The translations under genes were made by a program, and so were the position numbers. The notes under the pieces were generated by a model, which saw only the letters and a program-made list of their open reading frames with translations, had not been told where the DNA came from and searched no databases. Positions 56,500 to 64,000 of a stretch of 64,000 nucleotides of DNA are shown piece by piece (position 1 is the stretch's first letter; every line of letters starts with the position of its first letter). The DNA is from Octopus vulgaris (lineage: Eukaryota): the NCBI GenBank assembly GCA_951406725.2, contig OX597835.1, positions 8,866,001 through 8,930,000 of the forward strand, in the 5' to 3' direction.

Positions 56500-56522
56500 C
56501 ATTTTTATTATTATTATTATTA

Positions 56523-56560
56523 CTAGCAGGACCCGTGAAAAACTCACGGAAAACATTAAA
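56523..56560 (-). mobile_element. Helitron-like 3' terminus
   Basis: Minus strand hairpin CCGTGA-GTTTT-TCACGG a few bases before terminal CTAG followed by T. Confidence 0.55.
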
Positions 56561-56739
56561 AATGTAAGTATCTGCGAAGAGTGTACTGGAGCCATGAGAA
56601 ATGTTTGCATATTATGACCGTCTAACTTTACCTTCTGAGTTCAAATTCTGCCTCTATATAAACACACCACAAATATCCCCGAAAGACAATGAAACTGTTG
56701 ATGCCCAAACTGCTACCATTTCGATAAAGAACACATATT

Positions 56740-57110
56740 TCGATAAAGAACACATATACAAGTCCAAGATCACTGACCTCAACAGAATAGCACAGACATA
56801 TATCGGAGTGACGGGCAACTCATTCAAGGAAAAGTATACACAAAATGAAGCGTCATTTGGAGACAAAAACAAAAACAAAAATTGCAAGATCCCCGTTAAA
56901 TATAATGTTGAAAATAGGCACAATAAGCAACCTGCAGATAAAATGGAAAATCATTGCTAAAGCCAAAACATACAGCGGACGGGGTACGAAATATGAGCTG
57001 AACTCTGTATTACTGGAATATTAGACGTTGTACAATCAACAGATATCATCCGAAATATTAGAGATGAAACCTTCTCTCTCTTCATACATGAACAATATTT
57101 TACACTCAAA
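56740..57110 (+). mobile_element. Penelope-like GIY-YIG endonuclease remnant
   Basis: HIYKSKITD...TYIGVTGNSFKEKYTQNEASF, then KWKIIAKAKTYSG..TKYEL in another frame. Confidence 0.7.
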
Positions 57111-57576
57111 TATTACAAAGAGCCCCCATACGTGAGGGTAGCCCTATCGGGATAGCCCAATTCCTAAACGCTGACACACGTAGCACACAACTCTCACACA
57201 AAGAAGAAATATGCTCCAATAGCGAACTACCTAAGCACTCAAGTATAAGAACAAAATGCCCAGAAGACAAACAAAACATTGCAAAATAATTAAAACAACA
57301 TTCACAATTAAGGGAGACAAACATCCAAGAGATGACAATGAAGAGCAACGACACTTGATTCATTGATTTATTGATTTAATTACGCTAATTTACGAGAAAT
57401 GTCGTGGACAAAGCGAGACTGTTTTGCAAAATGGATTTGAACAACTTTCTCCATGTAAACGGCTTGAAAATCTTAAAACACTAAAAAAGTATTCTACTTT
57501 TTTCAACATGAAACCAATGCTAACCTTAATACACAAACACACAGACACACACACACATACACATACACACACACAC

Positions 57577-57609
<33 letters not shown>

Positions 57610-57611
57610 GT

Positions 57612-57757
57612 TGTAGCTCTTGCTTCCCAACCACATCGTTCTGGCTACAGTCCCACTTCGAGGCAACTTGTTCAAGTGCCTTCTACTATGATCTCGGGGC
57701 GACCGAAGCCTTGAGAGTGGATTTGGTAGACGGAAACGGAAAAAGAAGCCCGTCGTA
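57612..57757 (+). mobile_element. 5' part of SINE family C
   Basis: CCAACCACAT...CAAGTGCCTTCTACTAT...GAGTGGATTTGGTAGACGGAAAC; homologous to 43140. Confidence 0.78.
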
Positions 57758-57763
57758 TACGTA

Positions 57764-57816
<53 letters not shown>

Positions 57817-57828
57817 GCATATATATAC

Positions 57829-57882
<54 letters not shown>

Positions 57883-60800
57883 TTGAATCTTGAGAGAAGA
57901 TTATCACGGTGGGTTTGGATATCAGAGAGGGCAGACCAATGGTTTAATATTAATGTAAAAGAAACTAGGACTTGATAAAAAACAGTTGTATCACATTCGA
58001 GATATTTATTTTGGAAGAATACCACAGAGAAACTTATGTATCTCTAAATAATGTTGTGTTATATTTCTAAAACCACAGAAGAATTGCTCTTCGATAAATT
58101 TTATCAATATTCTGAATCTTCATGTCGTAAACAGATAAAGAAACAGACTGATATTGCGGCAGGGATGCAAAGCTATTTTCAACTTTCTTAGCAACTATTA
58201 ACCTTTGCTAAGATTTCTATCACTTCATTTCACCTTTCCCCTAAAACCGTACCGCGCTATAGATAAAATAAATGTAGCTATTTTCAGCCATAATATACCA
58301 TAATGAAAAACTATTTTTTCCCCAACTTAAACCAACATTGTCTTACAGATGATATGCAGTAAAATTCAACTGTCTCATTAAATGAATGATATAGGAAACA
58401 TTCTGATGATAAACGACGGTTGTAGAAGCGTTATCGCCTTCATGAAATGTAGCACTTCAAGCAAAGAAAATAATTACAACATTTCAAACGTTCTCATAGA
58501 TATTCCTTATGGATCTGGACGCATTTCAATTAAATACTAAACTAACAGTCATCGAGATAGCATTTTCTTGCTGCTCCTGTGCATTCTTGATTTGTAATGT
58601 TTGAAGCAAACACTCTCAAAAGATGTAAGTGATGGTGATTTATGTCATCCTGCTGGGTTAAGGCAAGCTAGTTTTACGTGTCTATATTAAGATCTAAAAT
58701 TATTTCCCATTAGCCTTACATATTCTCTACTGCTTTTCATACATTCAGTTGGCATGAATAACATTAGTAAGCATTAACCAATCATTCTTTTATTAGTGGT
58801 GTGAAAAACTTTGTGTGATTTGTCATTTTTAAAAATAATTATACTGAAGTCTCTTTGTTTACACTAAAGATTTTAAACAATATTTAGTTCAAAATTAAAT
58901 TGCGTTTTTCCTAGTTAAATAATTAAATATTTAGTGATTTCACTTCTCATTCAAAAACAACTGTTTTCAGATGTAATATATTTTATATGTGATAAAAAGC
59001 AGATAATAAAATCGCTGTCGGAATTAAATTATTCTATAAGGTGTTTATTTGTTAAATTTTGAATTAAATGTTACTCCCATTTTAAATTTCCTTATGTTTA
59101 TTTATCCATTTATTTGCATTTTTATGCACAAAAGTACATTTTCTGTAGCGAAAACAACGCTAATTGCCAATTAGATTAATTGTAGAATATTACTGATACA
59201 TCATTCGTTGTTCTTAAAGGAAAATGTAAGATACGAAGGCAAATTACAATACATTTACGTTTATTGCCCTTTGACGGTTTTACTTTCAACAACTCTATGC
59301 AAATAAAAAGAGGGACATGAATATTTTAATTACTTATCCTAGGAGATAATTCTTATTAAAGAGCAGCCAGATCCCCATGCGCACCCTTACCTTCGGTCAT
59401 GGTCTCTCCTTTCGCAAAGGTGTTTCCCTAGAGAATGGACCCAGCATTACATATGCCATTTTTAGTTAAGAAGATAGAGAGTTCGTTGCTATTTCTAGCA
59501 TACCTAACGACAGGATAAAGGGTGGTTTGTCAACTGAGCAGGAATGCAAAAGAAGTAAACGGTTCGTCAGTAATAAGCAACGATTCCTCGCCATAAATAA
59601 ACGCCTCGCGTTTATGGATGCACATATTGAAAAGCAAATGGAAAATATGTGTGCGAATTGAATTACAAATTACACACAGGACGATATTTTTATAATGTAA
59701 TTCTGTTGAAGTAAAAGATGCCATATTCAGAAGCTATAATGTATTGCTTCAGAATTTAATATTCCGGTTTTTTTTTTTGGGGGGGGGGAGTATCCCTGAT
59801 CCTTAAAGGAATCTCGTAGATTCGTGGAATACAAAAACGTACTGAAGCATAAATCTTAGGTCACTGGAATATAAAGTGAGGTTTTATTCCCAGACAGGAT
59901 CTCTGGCCATAAACTATTTAAAACTTTCTGCACGTCCCAAACTTTCGTCAGAATTGAAGCCAACACATCATCATACGACAAAATAAAACAAATCAATCTT
60001 ATGCAGCGAAACACTGAAGGACAAACACAATTTATCAAAGAAGCAACCGACAACGAAAAAAAAAAAAAAAAGAAAGAACGATTTTGGTAACTGTTTCTAA
60101 CATAGAACACCACTCAGCTTTACTGTTTGAAATGTTGAAAAGTCTGTTGAAATCCACCTGCCAATCATTTAGCTAATAATATCATAACCATTCTGTTCAT
60201 TGTTTATTTTCTTTGCAGCAGGATATTTATTTTGACGAATATAACATTTATTTTGCTAGGAATTCATTTCCTGAAAAATATAATTTCATTGCAATTGATT
60301 TGAAACTGTGGCTGTTATTCTCCAGGCATGCATGAGAGAGATGCGCGTGAGCGTATCTATGTATGTATGTATGTAAGTTCATGCCAACGTATATGTTCAG
60401 TAATATATATATTATATTGAATTACTTCTCTCTAGGTGTTCCTAAAGTGGATTTAAATATATTGAAATTTCAATAGAACTTTATAAATACGATATAAATA
60501 TATGACTTCGTTTACTTTTGTGTGTTATTTTTACGCTCTGAAATTAATAAATCAATCAATTTTCTCTTCGTAGAACTATTGATAATGTCCGTGTAACGCT
60601 GAGTTCAAAATCTATAGGCATCATTCCACTACGCAATATCAAATGTCTCTCTTTCCTGCGTCCAGATAGGACAAAATTCTTGAAAACATTTATTTTAACG
60701 TTGGGATTTCTACATTCGATATACAGTGATGAGTCACAAGTGGTGTACAGGGTATAAACGCCAAGGAGGTGAGGTAATTGTTGACTATATTGCTTTGTAC

Positions 60801-61232
60801 GCTCCTGGATGGAATGGTATAACAGCAAGAGACCCCTAAAGATGTAAATATATCAAATCGTCTTATTGCCAAATATCATTGTAGGAAGGATACCGTAACA
60901 TTGACAACTATAGTTTTATACGTGCGTACATCATACATACTGACACACATATGTAATTGAAACGTACGTAAGACAGTAAATAAAAAATCTTTTAAAAGAT
61001 ATCCCTTCTTCAGTTTCGTGTTCTACATATATTCTGCATATGACTGAAACCAGTATTTCCCAACAGCATGATTTAATTAAGTATTTCAAATCAGAAAAAA
61101 ACGCTACTTTCAAAAGAAATCGCTGCAAAGTGTTGAGAGCGGAATTGGTCCTACCACATGTGAAAATAAATTTGTTTGAAATTTTAAGGTGTTTCAATTA
61201 TTTTGCCCCCCCCCCCCATATATATATATATA

Positions 61233-61525
61233 TCACGTGATAACGTGACCGACCAGACCATCAGATGTTGTTACACATCGCTGGTCACAATGCGTTCGCA
61301 TTGTTTTAGCCTTCGAATGACGCCGCCCCGCTGGCTAAGCGAGCAGGCCAACAGAAGAAAGAGTGGTGAAAGAGTACAGCAGGGATCAACACCCCCTGCC
61401 GGAGCCTCGTGGAGCTTTTAGGTGTTTTTGCTCAATAAACACTCACAACGCCTGGTCTGGGAATCGAAACCGCGATCCTGCGACCGCGCGTCCGCTGCCC
61501 TAACCACTGGGCCATTGCGCCTCCA
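61233..61525 (-). mobile_element. SINE family A head with tail type 2
   Basis: Homologous to 30639; 3' end GGTCACGTTATCACGTGA runs into (TA)n, 5' side (CA)n/(TA)n. Confidence 0.92.
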
Positions 61526-61548
61526 CACACACACACACACACACACAC

Positions 61549-61641
<93 letters not shown>

Positions 61642-61670
61642 TATATACATATATATATACATATATATAT

Positions 61671-61718
<48 letters not shown>

Positions 61719-61749
61719 TATATTGAGGATATGAGAGGTAATTGTGCCC

Positions 61750-62040
61750 ATTGTATTAGAGTTTTGTGTTAAATTTTATAATTATAGTATTTTTCAGGTA
61801 GTTGACTTAGGTTGGGTGTCGAAGCTGTTGTTATAACTCTTGCCTGAAAGAATTTCAGAAATACACAAAAATATATTTTTGTATATATGTGTGCGCGTGT
61901 GTGTGTGGGGGTGTAGTTGGAGCGAAGGTTTTAATCTTGTTTCCTATTGTATTAGAGTTTTGTGTTAAATTTTATAATTATAGTATTTTTCAGGTAGTTG
62001 ACTTAGGTTGGGTGTCGAAGCTGTTGTTATAACTCTTGCC
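61750..62040. repeat. 95-bp direct repeat pair (61750-61844, 61946-62040) around a 101-bp spacer
   Basis: No mismatch seen by eye. Confidence 0.92.
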
Positions 62041-62313
62041 ATTTTTAGAATGTGTTTTTGTGGTTAGAAATCAGTCTTTAGTTGTTAATGAATATATTTT
62101 TTATTACTATCATTTACCGTATCTTTATTTCTAATTTTTTCCTCCCCTTTCGTATTATTTCCATGGTATTTAGTTTCGTTATCAGAATTGACTACCTTGT
62201 TATTATCGTTGATTATCGAGTTAATTTGGGCTGCATTGTGTTTATCCTCACTTTTATTATTTTGACAAAATTTTACTTTCTTCCTACAGCCCACTTTGTC
62301 TACAGATGATTTG

Positions 62314-62415
<102 letters not shown>

Positions 62416-62435
62416 ATTAAAATTTTATGTATTGA

Positions 62436-62798
62436 CTAGCAGTATCGCCCGGCGTTGCTCAGGTTTGTAAGGAAATAACTATAAAGCATTTTTAGAGAGT
62501 TATAGCCAAAAAATAGCAAAAAAATGGGAAAAAAATGATGGTAAATTTTTTTGAGAGTTAAAAGGTAGAGTTGCGTCCCCTAGACGGTCTGTGGTTTGGG
62601 TTTCTATCGACCCCATGTATTTATATTTTTTCAGAACTGGGGAACTTTTCAAAATTTTCGCTGCGTTAGTTTTGAATTATGACATTGGGCTATGTGTGTG
62701 TCAAGTTTCATCAGAATCGGTTGAAAGCCGTGGTCAGAGTGGGTACGAGAAAACAGACACACAGAAACACGCACAGACAAACTGTTTATATAGAGAGA
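62436..62798 (-). mobile_element. Non-autonomous Helitron
   Basis: Minus strand starts TCTCTCTATATAAA and ends CCTGAGCAACGCCGGG (hairpin-like) CGATACTG-CTAG; inserted between A and T with no TSD. Confidence 0.85.
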
Positions 62799-62937
62799 TT
62801 AATTCTTTCCTTGTTTGATTTGTAACGTAGTGGTTTTGTCTCGAATTATTTTATATAATATTTTAATATAAAATTGGATTTAACCCAAAATCTGATTTTT
62901 CCCTGTAAATTTGGATTCATTCCCTAATATTTATTAT

Positions 62938-62972
<35 letters not shown>

Positions 62973-63054
62973 ATGCGTGTGGATGGCAGTATATGTATCT
63001 ATATTTTGCTTATACACAGAAATGCTTGTGTCAATTTTCCGCGACGAAAATATC

Positions 63055-63420
63055 CTTTTCTGTTTCAGGCACAAGGCCCGAAATTTTGGGGGAGGGGGCC
63101 AGTCGATGAGATCGACACCAGCACGCAACTGCTACTTAATTTATCGAACTCGAAAGGATGTAAGGCAAAGCCGACTTCGGCAGAAATTTGAAGTCAGAAC
63201 GTAAAGACAGTTGAAATACTTCATTGCCCACAGTGGGCTAAACATAGAGGGGCCAAGCAATGACTGACAAGGGAATTAACTCGTACTTATTTAATCGACC
63301 CTGAAGGATGAAAGGCAAAGTCGACCTCGGTGGAATCTGAACTCAGAACGTAAAGACAGACGAAATATCGGTAATCATTTCACCCGGCCTGGTAACGATT
63401 CTGCCAGCGTTCCACCTTCA
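63055..63420 (-). mobile_element. Two adjacent SINE family D copies with different 3' ends
   Basis: Two cores AAGGATG.AAGGCAAAG.CGAC.TCGG...TCAGAACGTAAAGACAG (~63155-63210 and ~63304-63360). Confidence 0.8.
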
Positions 63421-64000
63421 GGGACAAAATTATAAGTTGTTGCCGAAAGGAATATCAAAGAATGTGGAATATTTCACATTATCGAGCATTTCTTCAAAAC
63501 GGTAACAGAACAGAGATTAGAATACATAAGATAAATTATTTCCAATGCTTTCAGACGATATGATTCTTTTGAGGACTGACGAATTTCGCAACGACCAGCG
63601 AAAATGATAACGATTTTTACTTTCTATAGATATATTTCGAAATAATATACAAGTAACGCCAATGCGTTGTTGTCGATTGTACTGTATGTTCTTCCTATCG
63701 GAAATTCTATGTTCGCAGAAATCATTATCGACAGTACAGTTTTTCTAGTTTTCATTTCTAATAATCTCTCTTTGAAAATGTAAAATTCATTTACATAACT
63801 CATGTAATAAATCGAAATTAAATATTGATTTTTTAAAGATTATAACTTAAAAGATATTTGTATCAGTCGATACAACTTCTGGAGAATGTATTTTATGATT
63901 TGTAGCTGCAGCGGATAGCCATGAATACATACATACATATATACATACATACATATATAATACATACATACATACATACATGCATGCATACGCACATACA

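Noticed and set aside
58520-58650. Possible hAT C-terminal dimerisation remnant on the minus strand
   Set aside because: Only weak resemblance over a few residues.
61040-61217. Tc1-like terminal sequence (TTTCAATTATTTTTGCCCCC)
   Set aside because: No matching second TIR or transposase motif found.

Overview
AT-rich, microsatellite-dense eukaryotic DNA with no host protein-coding exon that I can support. The repeat content (tRNA-headed SINEs, R4/Dong-like and RTE LINE fossils, Penelope-like GIY-YIG fossils, mariner, Chapaev3-like and Helitron derivatives, huge TA/CA/GATA/TAA tracts) resembles a coleoid cephalopod (octopus-type) intron or intergenic region. That taxon call is inference from recalled repeat families. 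Nearly all ORFs in the track are microsatellite artefacts; the informative ones are transposon remnants. Most interesting: (1) a ~558-bp non-coding element inside a (TAA)n array next to a Dong/R4-like LINE, sharing a 3' stem-loop with three R4-like 3'UTRs here, a candidate non-autonomous microsatellite-targeting partner; (2) one SINE head joined to two tails, with apparently different target preferences; (3) several duplication-flanked insertions, one matching a mariner element about 1.1 kb away; (4) long foldback hairpins and degenerate minimal hammerhead ribozymes. All alignments were made by eye, and fossil boundaries are approximate.
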